This document shows positions 1 through 17,669 of a stretch of DNA of 64,000 bases, in pieces. Source of the DNA: the human T2T-CHM13v2.0 reference genome, Homo sapiens; assembly GCF_009914755.1 (NCBI RefSeq), contig NC_060925.1; one strand, 5' to 3'. Positions within the stretch are counted from its first letter, which is position 1; every line of letters begins with the position of its first letter. The notes under the pieces are model-generated. The model saw only the letters and a list, made by a program, of their open reading frames with translations, was not told where the DNA came from and ran no database searches. The position numbers and the translations under genes are program-made.

Positions 1-218
1 CAGGGCAACATAGGGAGACCCTCTCTCTATAAAAAATTTTAAAATTAGCCAGGTGTGGTGGTGTGTGCCTGTAGTTCCAGCTACTCAGGAGGCTGAAGTG
101 GGAGGATCACTTGGGCCCAAGAAGTCAAGGCTGCAATGAGTCATGGTTGCACAACTGCACTCCAGCCTGGGTGACAGAGCAAGGCTGCCTCAAAAAGAAA
201 AAAGGAAAAGAAAAAAGA
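1..218 (+). mobile_element. Alu (AluJ-like), cut by the window edge
   Basis: Alu linker, right monomer and A-rich tail. Confidence 0.9.
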
Positions 219-628
219 ACTGCTGTGGCTAATGCTAATTTGGTTGTTTTATTCTCTAGTTCTGGATTCCTGTTATTAGAAAAACTATCTCAGGCTACTA
301 GCATATATTTCTGCAAGCAAAAAAAAAAATGTTTTTGAGAGCACTTAATTGTCAAATTCTGCTGTTAGGAAATCAGTGATGTATACATATAGCAGAATCT
401 GTCTGAATTGGTAAATTAAAGACTGACAGAACTTCTGAAAATGAACAGACAACTGAATCTGCTTTGACAGTTTTGACATTCATTTCTAGGTAAATAAAAA
501 TCTTCTACTACTGCAACCGTGATAAGATAGTCTATTCATTCCTCTTTACTAGTCTATGAATTGGCCCAGTGGAGCTACAAAGAAATTCTCCTAAAGGTAA
601 GGAAGGGAAGAGAAAAAAACCCAAAACT

Positions 629-850
629 TGTATTGAGCATCTATTATGTGTCAAATACTGTCCTGCATATGCAGTATCTTACTTTTCATTACAACTGTTT
701 AAGATAGGTATTATTATCCCCATTTTATAGACAGTTTAAAAAGTGAGGTTTGACTGAACAGATTGGCTCAAGGTGAGACACCTAATAAATCTAAGAGCTG
801 AATTCAGTCCTAGGGCTGACTCAATCTGTGCTGTTTCCATTAGTTCATAG
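629..850 (-). mobile_element. MIR
   Basis: tattgagcatctattatgtgtc...cccattttatagac MIR core. Confidence 0.7.
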
Positions 851-2507
851 CCCTAGTAAATTTTCCTTCTGGTCAAAGTAGCTAGAATACAACTCCTATA
901 GTTCAAGGCATAATTTTTGTTGAATTTTCAGAATCTCTGTATATTCTCTACATCTGTTAAAGTCATTGGAGAAATGAGTAAGAAAGATTAGCATGTGGAA
1001 CCAAGATCCAAACGAAAATCAGGGGATTCAATGGTAGGAACCCCAATATGGTAGGAACTCCAATGCTAACTTGGATAATGCATATTTGCTGAAGAGAATG
1101 TATAAATATCCAAATATATAACATACAAAAATTATTACATTATTCCAAAAGACCAAGTAATTTATTGCTACCTACCTTTCTGGAAAACATTTTGTGATAT
1201 ATTACCTACATAGTACTACCCTTTTAGAGTAACTTGAGTGTAAATATGAATGACAAACTTACTTGTGAGAAGTCACTCATATATTATTTCTAATAGTCAT
1301 GTAGTTGTTGGAAGAAAGCTGTCACTTAACCAAGTAATAAAATACCACCTTACTACACAGCAGAAGATTTTAAATAATCTTCAAAATGTTTATTTTTTGC
1401 TTTTCTTTTTTTAATACAGACAGTGTTTCACTACGTTGCCCAGGCTGGTCTTGAACTCCTAACTTCAAGTGATCTCCTGCCTTGGCCTCCTTCAGTGTTT
1501 TTACACATATTTTCTCCTCTGATTACAAAAATGTTATGAGTATGTAGGACAGATTTCTCAATGTTACCAATGTAGAAACAGACTCTAAGGGGGATGAAGT
1601 TGACCAAATTTGAATTTCACAAGTCTCCCCAGTTGATATGACTTTAGTGTTTCTAGCATCACAGTCTAATATGTGAGATTTTAGCCTTTGATGATTGATC
1701 TTCAGTTAGGGAATTAGAGTACAGTTTTAAAAGCTTTAACTAATTTTAAGAAAAAGCAAACAAACACTGGTAAGTAAACACTTTTTCTTATGAAGCCTGT
1801 CAATCTTGTGTTAAGGTAATTCCTCGTAGAAAGCAAATTTATAATAAAACCACATTATTTCAGGTTAACTAAATAAAAGAATAATATGAATTGATAAAAC
1901 TGTGAAACTGCAATATTCTTAGGTATTTCTAAGAATAACATTAAGTAATCCAATTAATTCACTCAGCTAGGAGAAATTCTTTTAAGAAAAATGCTTTGAA
2001 ATACTAAAGTATTCAAGTGTGTTTGGAAGACCTTTCTTCATAGCACAAAAATAAACTTTAGTTCCTGTCCGAATGTTCATAAATTGAAAATTAAGGACAT
2101 CCAAACTGAAAAGATTTCATTGCATTTTCTTTTTCACTTCAAATTATTAAAACAGCGAATTCAATCAATTTAATCTACAATAGGCTATATAAAATGAACA
2201 GTTATAGCTACCAAGAGCACCTACTATGCCTAGCATTGAACCATGCAATTTATGTTACTGAATGTAATTTAGTTAGATGGTACACTACATTATTGGAATG
2301 GTTTTATGTCAAAGAGCTTTTCTTTAAAACATTTTATACTAATCCTGGTAAACATTTCAATATTATAAAATCTATATATTTGTAAACTAAACTGTGTTGT
2401 TGTAGCAGAATTTTGTAAATAATGCATATGTAAAGTGTTAGAAAGTAAGTCCCATTACTCTAGATGCAAAATGAAGCTGATATCCATCCTCTCTGAACTA
2501 AATTATC

Positions 2508-2700
2508 AGTGTAACAAAGTGGTTAGGAGCATGGGCTTTCACATTAAACAGAGCTGAGGTCAAATCCTAACTCCACCACTTAGTAGCTATGTAATCATAG
2601 GCAGGTTATTTAACCTCTCAGAGTCTCAATGGTCCATGTGTCAAAAGCAGATATTACATTTGTTAAATGAGATGTATATATAGTATTAGCACAGAGAAAC
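2508..2700 (+). mobile_element. MIR
   Basis: gtggttaggagcatgggcttt...ttatttaacctctc MIR core. Confidence 0.75.
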
Positions 2701-3419
2701 CAATCAACAATACAAGTTGATGTTAAGGGGTAAATGCAATATAATGGCAGAATAATATTAGTTTTATAAAGTATTCTGCTAAAGCTCATGTCCCTCTTTC
2801 TCCTCCTTTCACTGCCCCATGGTACCTCTCAGTTAGGTTCAGTAACTCTCCACTTATCTGGTGGTGGAGCATCCTGGCAACTTCATCTTAACATAGCTTC
2901 ATGGCCCAGTGTACCTAAAATAGGTGCCACACAGCCTCAGCATTAAAACTGTCCACTTGACCCAGAGGAAAGGTATTTACACTCTCAATCAGCTCCTATT
3001 TGCCTTTGTTAGCAAATACTTCTTAATCAACTTGGTTATATGTCTTCTCAGAAAGTTATGAAGGTGGGTGATGACCTGGCACAAGGACAATCTAAACGGG
3101 CTGAAAAACTAAAAATCAAACGCAGAATTGTATTGTTTCTAGTACAGTGGTGAATGTTCATAACATGTCTTTGCATAATCAAAAAAGCTTACTCAATATC
3201 CTCACTTTAAGAATTAACATGTATGAAATTTTTAAAACAAAATTAATGATTTCTCTCAAAAAAAAGTTTTTGAAAAGTTTTGGAACAAAGAGGCTTAGTT
3301 GTTTAGAAAAGTGAGGAATCATTTTACTGCATTAAATAAATAGAGGCTAGAGAAAGCATCTGTCACCACATCAGCTGTAAAGACAACTCGAGGTAACACA
3401 ATTTAAACTGAGTTGGTTT

Positions 3420-3812
<393 letters not shown>

Positions 3813-4782
3813 GTCTAAACCACATTTACAGTAGACAAGGCACTGAAACATGGAATAGCTTTGATATAATGGTGATAATGTTAAGTAAAAAAAAAAATTA
3901 AGTAACTGGATTTCAACTTGTCATTTTTTTTAATAGTATATGCCTTTTTATATGTCACAGATACAAGTTGGCATACCTGAGTCCAATAAACTGTTTTGAA
4001 GTAGAGGTCTGTTACAGTCAAAGGACTCATAGATAGGACTTGGAGGTCACAAATACAGTTTCCCTCACCAAAATTATCATGACCCTCTAGCTTTGAAAAG
4101 CAGACTACTACTATGTTACAAAAGACAGTACTATAGAATATAATTAGCATTACAAGATAGGACTTAATTTCCAATACTACTATTAAGATGTCTAGTCTTG
4201 ATCTCTTCTACCCTTCATGGCTCTATGCTATAATAATTTTCCACCTGTAAAATGTTAATAATATAATTTATACTTCTAGAAGACTTTGTGTTCGTCTTTT
4301 ATATAATTGGTTTTACTAGCATTAAGACAGGAAAAACATAAATTCAGTATTACTACAAATTCTTGCTTAAGAAAAGATACATAAAATATTTAGAAATCTT
4401 TCTTATTTCCACAATTAAAATGAAGCATATATAAATTTCTCTCATTAAGCTGAATTTAATTTCTATAGGCCTGCTTATTTGATACATGGGCTTATGCTTC
4501 ATAGTTTATTCTTACAATAAAAATATAAAAAACAAGTCCAAATATAAAAGCAAAAAGGTACAGATGTGAAATAAAACTAGCATGCAAGATAATTGTTTAA
4601 AACATATTATGAACGGCAAATGAAACAGAATGGCTAGCAAATTATCAGCTCTCTATGAAGAATACTGTCAGATAATTTTTACTGTAAATATAACCTATCC
4701 AATGCCATTAATTTTGTTCTAAGCTTTACTGAGATACAGCTGACACACAATAAACTGCACATACATAAAATATAAAATCTGA

Positions 4783-5317
<535 letters not shown>

Positions 5318-5578
5318 TTATTAGAGATTAGTTTGGATTTTCTAAAATTGTATGTAATGAAATCATATAGCATGTTTTCTTTTGAGTGGTGGGGTCTGGC
5401 TTCTTTCACTCAGCATAATTTCTTTAAGATTTATCATGTTATAGAGAATATTAATTTTTGTGAAAAAAAATTCTCCAGAAAAAACACAGGCCCCCCACAA
5501 AATGTACTGTGATTTTATAATTTGCTATACCCAGACTTATTAAGTTGGATCTTACTTGAGATGTCAAAACAAACTCTA

Positions 5579-6070
<492 letters not shown>

Positions 6071-6335
6071 TAACAAACTCCAATTGTTTACTTGTTCATA
6101 TAAATAACTTGCTTTTTTAGATAACTTAAATTGGTATCTAATCTGGTTTCCAGCTTGGACATTCTAATTTAATGACATCCATAGTACTGTTCAGAATCCT
6201 TACTTGTCAGTTTATGCCAAGAATGAAACACTCTTTCCTTTCTAAATCTGAATCCAAAAAAAACTGTGTTTATTTCATTTAATTCTAAAGGTGAATTTTT
6301 GTTTTGTTTTTCTTTAAATTTTTCTAAATTATGCC

Positions 6336-6634
6336 TTTTTTTTTTTTTTTTTTGAGACAGGGTCCTGTTGTTACCCAGGCTAGAGTGCAGTGGCATTAAC
6401 ACAGCTCACTGCAGCCTCTACCTCCTGGGCTCAAGTGATCCTCTCACCTCAGCCTCCTAAGTAGCTGGGACCACAGGTGCACGCCACCACACCTGGCTAT
6501 TTTTTTTTATTTTTTGTAGAGATGGGGTCTCGTTATGTTGCCCAGGCTAGTCTCAAGCTCCCAGGCTCAAGTGATTCTCCCACCTTAGCCTCCCAAAATG
6601 TTAGGATTACTGGCGTGAGCCACTGTGCCTAGCC
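6336..6634 (-). mobile_element. AluJ
   Basis: Poly(T) followed by a reverse Alu dimer. Confidence 0.92.
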
Positions 6635-6960
6635 AATAATGTCTTTCAAAAGAAATTTAGAATCAAAGTAATAGGAAGCACCCCTAACGCCCAGATTATA
6701 GCCTCTTATTCATTCTACACTAATACTTAAAGGAACAAGAGCCCCTGAAGAAATGAATGATTCCAGGTATGGGGTGGGAAAAGTATGAGGTGAATCCCAG
6801 AACATCTTTTGTGCCAAAAGCAAGGAAGCTTTTAAAAGTTAACAGGACAATGTTAATAGAACACATAGGAGCCAGGTTGAAGGGGTCACCACTACAATGA
6901 TTTGAGCATCGAGAAGAATAATGATTGTAATCAATTAAACACATGAAATCAGTTGAAATA

Positions 6961-7303
6961 CTGTCATGCATTGCTTAATGATGGGAGTATGTTCTGAGAA
7001 ATGCATTGCTAGGTGATTTCACAATTATCCAAACTTGAGTGTGCACTTACACAAATCTAGATGGTATAGCCTACTACGCACCTAGGCTATATGAAATAGC
7101 CTATTGCTCCTAGGTCACAAACCTGTGGAGCATGTTATTGTCCTGAATATTGTAGGTGACTGTAACACAATGGTAAATATTTGTGTATTTAAACATATAT
7201 AAACATAAAAGAAGTATAGTAAAGATGTGTTATAATCTTATGGGACCACTGTTGTATATGCAGTCTGTTGTTGACCATAACGTCGTTATGCGACATATGA
7301 CCA
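6961..7303. mobile_element. Tigger3a/MER7-type DNA transposon
   Basis: Termini resembling CAGTCATG...CATGACTG, flanked by TA; internal gttctgagaaatgc and cttatgggaccac motifs. Confidence 0.75.
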
Positions 7304-7842
7304 TACACTCACACATACACTGAGAATGCTGGAAAAATTACTATCAGCATTTGAAGTGACTACTAAAGGAACTCCTTACTTCGAGAACTGGCAAAGGGAA
7401 AGAATTAAGCATTTATTTTCTTTCCAGTAAGAACTGTATTTCATACAGGTAGCATACAGATAGCCCCAACTGATGAGAGGAGAAAGGTCCACTTTACAGA
7501 AGAATGCCAGCTAATAATGTTAAAGGAATGACAAAATCCAAAAATCATCATTCCACAACCACTAAAGCAATTATTGATTTAGGAAGGATCTCAAATTATA
7601 TTAGAACCTACTTATTTAGTGTCAAAGCTAACACTACATACATAATTTTCTGGTTACAAAAGGGGAAAACACAACTCCACAATAGAGGGGTAAGGGTATC
7701 ATTATCCTAGTTCAGTGTTTAAACTTAGCATCACTATGGCAGTCATCAGATGTTAAGTGTATCCTGATGTGAAGCAACATGAAGTACAAACATGATCTAT
7801 GATGTATTCCACCCAAAATATTTAACTTGAATTCAGCCTTTA

Positions 7843-8184
7843 TTTTTTAATTTTTAATTTTAATTTTAATTTTTTGTTTGTTTTTTCTTTTGTTTGTTTT
7901 TAAGATAGAGTCTCACTCTGTCTCCCAGGCTGGAGTGCAGGGGCGCAATCTTGGCTCACCACAACCTCTGCCTCTGGGGTTCAAGCAATTCTGTCTCAGC
8001 CTCCCGAGTAGGTGAGATTACAGGCATGTGCCACCACACCCGGCTAATTTTTGTATTTTTAGTAAACATGGGGTTTCACCATGTTGGCCAGCCAGGCTGG
8101 TCTCAAACTCCTGACCTCAAGTGATTCACCCACCCTGGCCTCCCAAAGTGCTGGAATTACAGGTGTGAGCCACTGAGCCCAGCC
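7843..8184 (-). mobile_element. AluS with a 15-bp TSD
   Basis: TSD tgaattcagccttta at 7828-7842 and 8185-8199. Confidence 0.95.
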
Positions 8185-8511
8185 TGAATTCAGCCTTTAA
8201 AACTTACTTCCAGCTTACAGGAAATATAACGACTAGAGGAACAAGTTAAATAACACCACAATGCAACAAGACAAATCCAAAAAGTTTGACATTCTGCAAA
8301 ACAAAGGCAATCTCTTCAAATGAGTGTCATGAAACAAAAGTAGAGGAGGATAAACTAGACTAAAAGAGACTTAAGAGATATAACAACTAGGTGCAATGTA
8401 TGGTCCTATATTGGATCCTAGTTAAAAAAAAATCAATTGAAATATCAAGGACATTTTGGGGATAATTCAGGAAATCTAAATATGGTCTGTCGATCATATA
8501 AAATGGAAATA

Positions 8512-8883
<372 letters not shown>

Positions 8884-9149
8884 TTATTTTGGTTAAAAAA
8901 ATACCTACATGTACACATATGACCTAGAAAAATATCTGGAATGATATACACGAATGCATTGAGTGTGATTTGTGAACATTAGGGTTTTTGTTGTTGTTTT
9001 GGCTTTCTGTATTTTAGAACTTTCTGCAATGCACCCCTCCTGCTTTTATAATAATAAAAAGTAGTAGGAAGCCTTCAATAAATCACCTTCTAGCTTTTAG
9101 AAGCAACATGTCATAGAAAATATTCTGGACAAAGACTCAGGTCATCTAA

Positions 9150-9500
<351 letters not shown>

Positions 9501-10700
9501 TGTCCAACCTTTCTAGTTGGGTTTAGTTTCTTCATCTGCTAAACTGGAATATTTCACAGAATAATAAGTGTAAAAAGTTTTATAAATTATACCATGTGAT
9601 TCTGGAAAAAAAAGATTGTAATATTAGTTATTGTTCCACCGACTGTAGAACTAAGTGTCAGCCAGACACTGTAATTCAATTAGACTTCTGAATTACAGTG
9701 AGATATCTTTATCTCAGCACTTCCAAGGTGGGAATGCTGGCTTAGGAGTTCTGTCACAGAACCTATTGCTCTTGCAGCCCCTAGTATCAAAACTGATTCC
9801 TAGATGACAAAACTTTGGTATACCACAACAGTGCTGTAAGGAACTTGTGAGTTAGCCAGCCAGCTGCCTGCCACCACTGGGACTGCCAACTGTTTTAGTT
9901 TTCCTCTGTAACATTCTCATGATGAATTCCCTTTTGACAGGACATCTATCACTTGTAAGTCCCATGGTTGCTGCTGCTTCTAAATGCTGGTATCTTTGCT
10001 TTCATTTTAATTTTCCTTCTTTTCTCTTCAACTTCTCTTGAAAAAGTTTATAACCATCTCCAACAAGAGTGCTTTTTTTTTTGTATCAGTGGCAAACAGA
10101 GCAATCCATTATATTAGATTTCATCTTTAGATACTCCAATTTTTGTTCTTTGTGGCCAGTATTTATAGTCTGAATCTTTAATTACTGAGAGAGCTTGTTG
10201 CCTCTTTGAACACTAACATCTCGAGAAGGCAGGACTTCAGGTAAATGAAGTGTTACTGTACACATTTTTAACATGGCAACTGGCCAAAAGATAATCATGA
10301 CTCACAGAGAACCTTTTCAATTTTCCTGATTTCGGCTTCTAAAACTCCAACTCAAATCCTGTAAGTTATTAAAAGCCCATCCCCACCCGTTCTTACCCCT
10401 CCAAAAGGAATAACGTCACTGACTTATGTGGAACCATGTATAATGCCACCTGAATGTTTGAGTCATTCCCCAGAGGAGAAAGGATGGGACATCCTCCATC
10501 TTTTTTGCAACATTTCATCTCTTCCTTTTGCTATTGCCTTTTCCCCCCCACCTTTGGTTTTGTCTTATCCTACAATTCAGATTTCTATTTTGTGTTGAAC
10601 TTGCTACCTTTTTTCACGTTGAAAAGATTACATTTCCTCAAGAGCTAAAAATAAATAGGAATAGAAAAAAAAAAAAACAAAAAAACAAAGATCACTTTTA

Positions 10701-10976
<276 letters not shown>

Positions 10977-12021
10977 TTATGGAAACAGTCATAAGTACAG
11001 ATCATATTAAGGATGTAAATGCCATGCTGAGTTAGATCAGTATTCATCTAGCCCAGCATTTACTTTCAGATGGTGTACTAAGCAATGTTTCAGAGATGAC
11101 TATAATGACTTTCAGAGTCTCTTCAATGTATCTGCAAGAAACACTCAAAAAAATTTTAAGCAATTCACAGTCTATAATCCAAAAATTTAATTAAACTCTC
11201 AGGTTTTCTGTCTGACCCATTTATCAGAAAAACAAGTTCTAAAAACACATTTTTAAAGTGGTATTTCCTTCTATTGTCTTATATTACCCTCTTCCAAACT
11301 TTAAGGGATGCCCAATACTTCCAGAAATAAGTTTAAAAAGTGATGTCCTCAATACATATCCTTTGTAATTTCATGAATTTTAGATGGGAGTTCTCCCAGT
11401 CTTTCTTCCTAAAATTATTTTAGCCTGTTCTTATATAAAGTCCTTCTAATCCCATAATCATTTTAGGTATACTTTACAGGCTTTTCTAGATCGTTTTGGC
11501 AAACAAAACAGGAGGAATGGGACCAAACCTGAAATAATACATCTAATTTTCATTCTAATGGCATTCTTAATGTCTCTAGTTCTTATTTCTGACTTATTGC
11601 CAGCAACAGATAATTGTTGTCATTCTTGCTTCTTGTCCTCCTGTCCTAACCAGTCCTCAGCCTATGATAAAACAGCACCCATGACATAGAAACCAGCTTT
11701 AAAAGCACATACTTTCACTTCCAGAATGATGGATTAAAGACATCTGAAAATCTGCTCTTCCATATGAGCAACAAGTACAGTGCCAAAAGTTGTTAAAAAT
11801 CAATTTTTTCAGAATTTTGGAAATCAAAAAAAGGCTTGCAACAACTGAGAAGGATGTATTCAGGAAAAATGGTTGAGTTTTGTAGTATTTTAACTTGCCC
11901 AATTTCCATCCTCCTTTCCCTAGCGCAGCAGGAGCCAAATCAGCAGCCTCGCAGCCACTGTAAGGGGAATACTAGGTTTGGATCACCACAAAAAGCAAAA
12001 TCCCCGGAGAAACTGGCACTA

Positions 12022-12509
<488 letters not shown>

Positions 12510-12632
12510 TAACTTTAAAAAAAAATCCTATCTGATTTACAAGACAACCACATTAAGGCAATACTTATAAAACTGTGTTGATGTGCTTTATGATGTTTAA
12601 AAATGGAATACTTTCAATGTGGAATGATAATT

Positions 12633-12808
<176 letters not shown>

Positions 12809-13577
12809 TGATAATTCTAAAAAAGAAAAACAGGAATACGTATGACAGAAATAGCAAAAGGAAGGAAGAGACAATAGAGCTATATTGGAGCAGAGTCTTT
12901 GTATTCTATTAAGTTTCTACTAATCCAAATTATAGTGTTTTAAATTAACATGTTAATTGTAATCCTCAGGGCAACCACAAAGAAAATAACTTTAAAATAC
13001 ACAGTAAAAAGTTTACATACTCCAATAAAAAGGCAAAGATTGGCAGAATAGATTCTAAAAAAATGTTCCAACTATATGCTAAGAAATATAATTTAAATTC
13101 AACAACACAAATGGTAAAAAGTAAAAGGATTGAAAAAGATATGTCACACAAGGCCAGGTGTGATGGCTCGCCTGTAATCTCAGGAGTTTGAGACCAGCCT
13201 GGGCTACAAAGCAAGACCCTGTCCCTCAAAAAAAGGAAAAAAAAAGAAAGCAAGCAAGCTAGAGTGGCTATACTATCAGACAAAATAGACTTTAAGACAA
13301 AAGCACACATAACATCTAAACTTGTTTTAGAAGTTTGTCAAAGGATTTGTGAAATTTAAGTATTTTTTTTCTTTTTCCATACATATGCACCCACAAATTC
13401 TAAGAATGAGGTTTTATTTACCCTTACCCAAAACCACACTAACTTCTGTTAAATTATGCTTCCTTACATATTCAAATTTCTATTCCCAGGCTTCATTTTA
13501 TAGAACACAATTCTGCCCTTTAGCATTTTACCAAGTGCAACGCAATACATATTTTTTCCTTAAGTTATTTATGGATA

Positions 13578-14161
13578 GTTTGAAATGGTTGTTCCTCAGT
13601 GCCGTAAAGAAATAGCAGTTGAACATAAATTTAATTTACTCAGCAAGGCCATTTTTACTTCCTGCAGAAAAAGTACACTCACCAGCAGTTTTGCCACAAG
13701 AGTACACGGAACAAAGGAGACAGGGTCATTTATAACCTGACGCATCCAACCTACTGCTGTGTCCAATTTCCATTGGCTGGAATGGGAACTCACATTCTGT
13801 ATTTGTCCTGATTGGCTAGCAACTTAGCACTTTTTAAAAGAGGCAAAGGTAGAGGAGAACAAAGGAAGGAGGAAGTAACTTGTGGAATGCTGAGAAAGGT
13901 AAAAACACCTTCAGATAAGGAAGAGGAACAGCCTACGACCTAATGCTTGCTTGGACCAGTATAAGCATGCCAGGGCAAATTTTTAGGCTAAATTGTAGGA
14001 GCTAAGAACATAAAGTACATTGATTTATCACGGCTAGCAGATATTTAAGAATGTTAGCACAGGTCTTTGAATAAATTTTGCTTCTAAGAGAAGTTACTAT
14101 TTATTCCTAATTAAATGAGGAAGAAAGTCTTTGAAGAGGAACCTCTACTTTACTTTTTACA
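13578..14161 (-). mobile_element. Solo LTR, LTR10 family (ERV1/HERV-I related)
   Basis: Minus strand starts TGTAAAAAGTAAAGTAGAGGTTCCTCTTCAAAGAC; contains CCAAT and TATAAA; about 580 bp. Family recalled from consensus. Confidence 0.7.
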
Positions 14162-15468
14162 ATATGAAGTTAGGAAAAAAAACAGAATTCAAGAAAGCTC
14201 TTAATATTTCGCAAAGAACTTCTGAAAACTAATCAAATGATTAGTTTCTCATTAAAAGAGCTTTTAGAATTTTATTAGGAATAAAATGATTTCCCCTTCC
14301 AAGAGCTGTAAGCCCTATACTAAGCATATGGGTCTAGAGAATAAGAGGTAGAAATTAACAAATGGTTTTTTAAAACAATCAAAAAAAGCTGGGTGCAGTG
14401 GCTCATGCCTGTAATCCCAACACTTCGGAAGGCCCAGGTGGGAAGATCACTTGAGGCCAAGAGTTCAAGACCAGTATGGTCAACATAGTAAGATCTCATC
14501 TCTACCAAAAAAAAAAAAAAAGTCGAAAATCTTTAAAGATTTTTTACTACTGTCTTGGTCTTGAAAAGAAGGTATTATCAAATGCATTTCTTATACATGA
14601 CATTATTTTGATCCTTTCATCACTCCAGAGGTTGGCAGAGCAAGTACTATTATCCTCATATGACACATTAAGAGACCAAGTGAGTCACAGGTAGGACAGC
14701 TAATAAGTTTCCAGGTCAGACTTTTCTGATTTGAAGTCCATTGCTCTTTCCATAATCCCACAGTGCCACCAGAGACATAACCATAAGGTATGTTTATGTT
14801 ATTACAGTTCTCTTCTAACTTACAAAGCAATAATAATAAGTACAAGAAAAGAATGTTCAGGTGGTTGAACCAGATTCTTAAAAGGATCTTTAATGGTATA
14901 AATCTAAGGTGGGAAGTAATCTATTTACTCATCTTAACTGCCACTTCTAAAAACCTCTAAAACTGAGTTCGGTACCCAGAGGTGTTTCTATTTTTCCAGA
15001 AGGTGAAAGAAAAAAATGGGGTAGAGGATGAAAGGCTTTTGTCTGTTTCAGGCCCTTTTTTGGACAATTTTTTAATGTTTCAAAATTTATTTTTTGATTC
15101 ATGACTTTTGGTAAAATATTTTCATCTCTTCTAAACATACAAGTAAACTGTATCAGGTAATGGTAAGTCAAACATACTTACATTCTTACTAAAGTCATTT
15201 TCGTAACAGTGAAGAGAGCTTAGACTACCTGACAGTTTTAAATCACACTAAATAAAGTACCTTGATGTATGACAAAGTCCTTCACCACTATATCATCAAC
15301 ACAAGGTAATTCTACCTTATTGCTTTTAAAAATGCATTATGTGTTTATAAAGACGTTTCTCAATTTAAATGGATTCCCACTATCCATTAAATAAATAAAA
15401 ATAAAAATAGTTATTTTTACTCAAATTATTTTTAAATTTACTTAAGAGCTTTTTTCAGATTCACTTAC

Positions 15469-15544
15469 CATTCTTTAACAGTTACTTCTCTAATCCCTTC
15501 TCCAATGTCTGAGAGCTTGAACTGAACAACCTGTCCACGGAGAG
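15469..15544 (-). CDS. DBT: DBT coding exon 3 ([26 protein letters not shown]; start of lipoyl domain)
   Basis: 76 nt; acceptor tttgaAG|CTCTCC; donor ATG|GTAAGT; FKLSDIGEG is the typical lipoyl-domain N-terminus. Confidence 0.97.
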
Positions 15545-17004
15545 CTTCAAAGACAAATGAGAAATGATCTCATTAAGTATATAACATATTACTAATATAT
15601 ACTTTCACATCTAAAATTAGAGAATGTTCTCAGGCAGAGGCAGAAATTCTTCCATCTTACAGACAGAAAAACAGCATTTTATAATTTTTAAGAGCATAAC
15701 CATTATTCATAACCATTAGAGATTTAAATAAATTATTTTACAACACAGACTTACTGGCACTGCCACAGAACTTACATTTTCTAACTTCCAAAATGGTCTG
15801 TTATAAGGCTATAAAAGGCCCTACTAACAAATTAATTAAATTTTGAAACAATGTAATGAATAGAAAATAGAACAAAGATATACAAAGAGAGACCCAGCTA
15901 GATATCCTTGTTTTAAGTTATGAAACTATAATAACATGAACAGATTTCTTTTGAATTTATATAACTATTCTTTCTCATTCTTAATGGCTAAAAATCAGGC
16001 AGTTCTATATCTAGCAAACTTGATGGAAACTTGTTTGTCCAAACTTATGTTCTGCCACCTTATCCCTAAGTCGTCTCTTTCCTCTTTCCATTTTCTACCC
16101 CTTTTCAAATTTCTACCCATCCCTCCTTTTTTTTTTTGGAGACAGAGTCTCACTATGTTCCCCAGGCTGGAATACAGTAGACATTCACAGGTGCATAAAT
16201 GCATACTACAGCCTCAAACTCCTGGGCTCAAGCAATCCTCCTCCCTCCATCTCCTGAGGAAGCTGGGACCACCCACCACACCCAGCTTCTATACCCTCTT
16301 TGTAATACTTAGATGCCAATGATACTGTATGGTAATTATTCTCAAAAGAGAAAAGTATTTCTGATCATTTGAAAGCACGTATGGACCCTCCCACTTTTCC
16401 AGGTTAACAAATGGCTCTGAACCTATTCAGGAATGCTCCTGTATCTTTAGACTGCTGTTAACCATATTTGCTTATAAAACATATAACAAATTAATTAGGG
16501 TTGTAAAATTTTCTTAAATATGAGGAGTTAAATTAGTAATAAAAAATACAAAATACATTTTGGTTATGGAGGTATTAGGTACCTCTTACTTCCTCTCTAG
16601 CAAGTTGGGTCCTCTCACAGCTTGCTGATTGGAGTATAACCTGGCAACTTTCTGAATGGTTTAGCATTAACAATCAAAAGCATTTAAAAAAAATTTTTTT
16701 AAATCAACATTCTTGATTCCATAAGTAATTCCACTTGCTAAAAAATGGTTACTATAGGGTCATAATGAAGAACTGGAAATCAATCTAAGTAACACAAAAA
16801 CAAGAAAATATACTATGGCACCTCTATACAAAGCAATATGCAAGGAACAGCAAGAGCATGAAAATGTGATGGTTCATGGCAAGGTTAAAGAACAGTTCTC
16901 TATAGCCGAAGATGCGGTATGTGGCAAGAAATCAGCCCAGACTTAAAAGACTTTGTGTACCATGCTAAAATATTTGAACTTCATCCTAAAGGTGATCAGG
17001 ACCC

Positions 17005-17503
17005 AGTGGTAAATTAACATGGTCATAAATTCTTTGCAGCTGTTCCCATCAGGAGGCCGAGTCTATTTCACCAGTTCTTAAATCTGTGCTGGGCTGTGAC
17101 TTGCTTTGACAAATAGAATATAACAGAAGTGAAGTGTGAAGGTTCATGAAGCTAGGCCTCAAAAGTCCGCACAGCTTCTCCCTTCTCCCTTTTGGAATGC
17201 TGCCCTAAAATCCTCATGCAAGGAAGTTGATCTAGTCTACTGGAGGATGAGACATCAGGAAAAGGAGAAATGAGTTGCCCCATCGGAAACCCAGCATGAA
17301 TGGTCAGACACATGAGTGAGACCATCTTGGACTTTCCAGCCCATATGATCCTCTAGCTGAATACAGCCATATTAGGGAGCCTGGGCGTAACCAGCAAGGA
17401 AATCACCCAGCCAACCTGCAGAATCCTGAGAAATGATCAGTCCTTGTTGCTTTAAGCCACTAAGTTGTGGGATTGTTTGTTACTCAGCAGTAATTAACTG
17501 ATA
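17005..17503 (+). mobile_element. MLT1 (MaLR) solo LTR, older subfamily
   Basis: tgtgacttgctttgac and tttaagccactaagtt...gtttgttac...aactgata MLT1 motifs. Confidence 0.75.
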
Positions 17504-17669
17504 TGGAATCCTATTTATAATATCAGATCTGCAACTTTAGGTCTATAAGTTTAGAAAAAATTTCTCTGGCAGGAGTGTGGTAGATGGGGTCGGGGAGTGG
17601 GTGGCAGAGGCAAAACAAGGCAGGGGAAGCAGGAGGCTACTTCAGGTAAGAAGCAGAAGTATAGAATTT

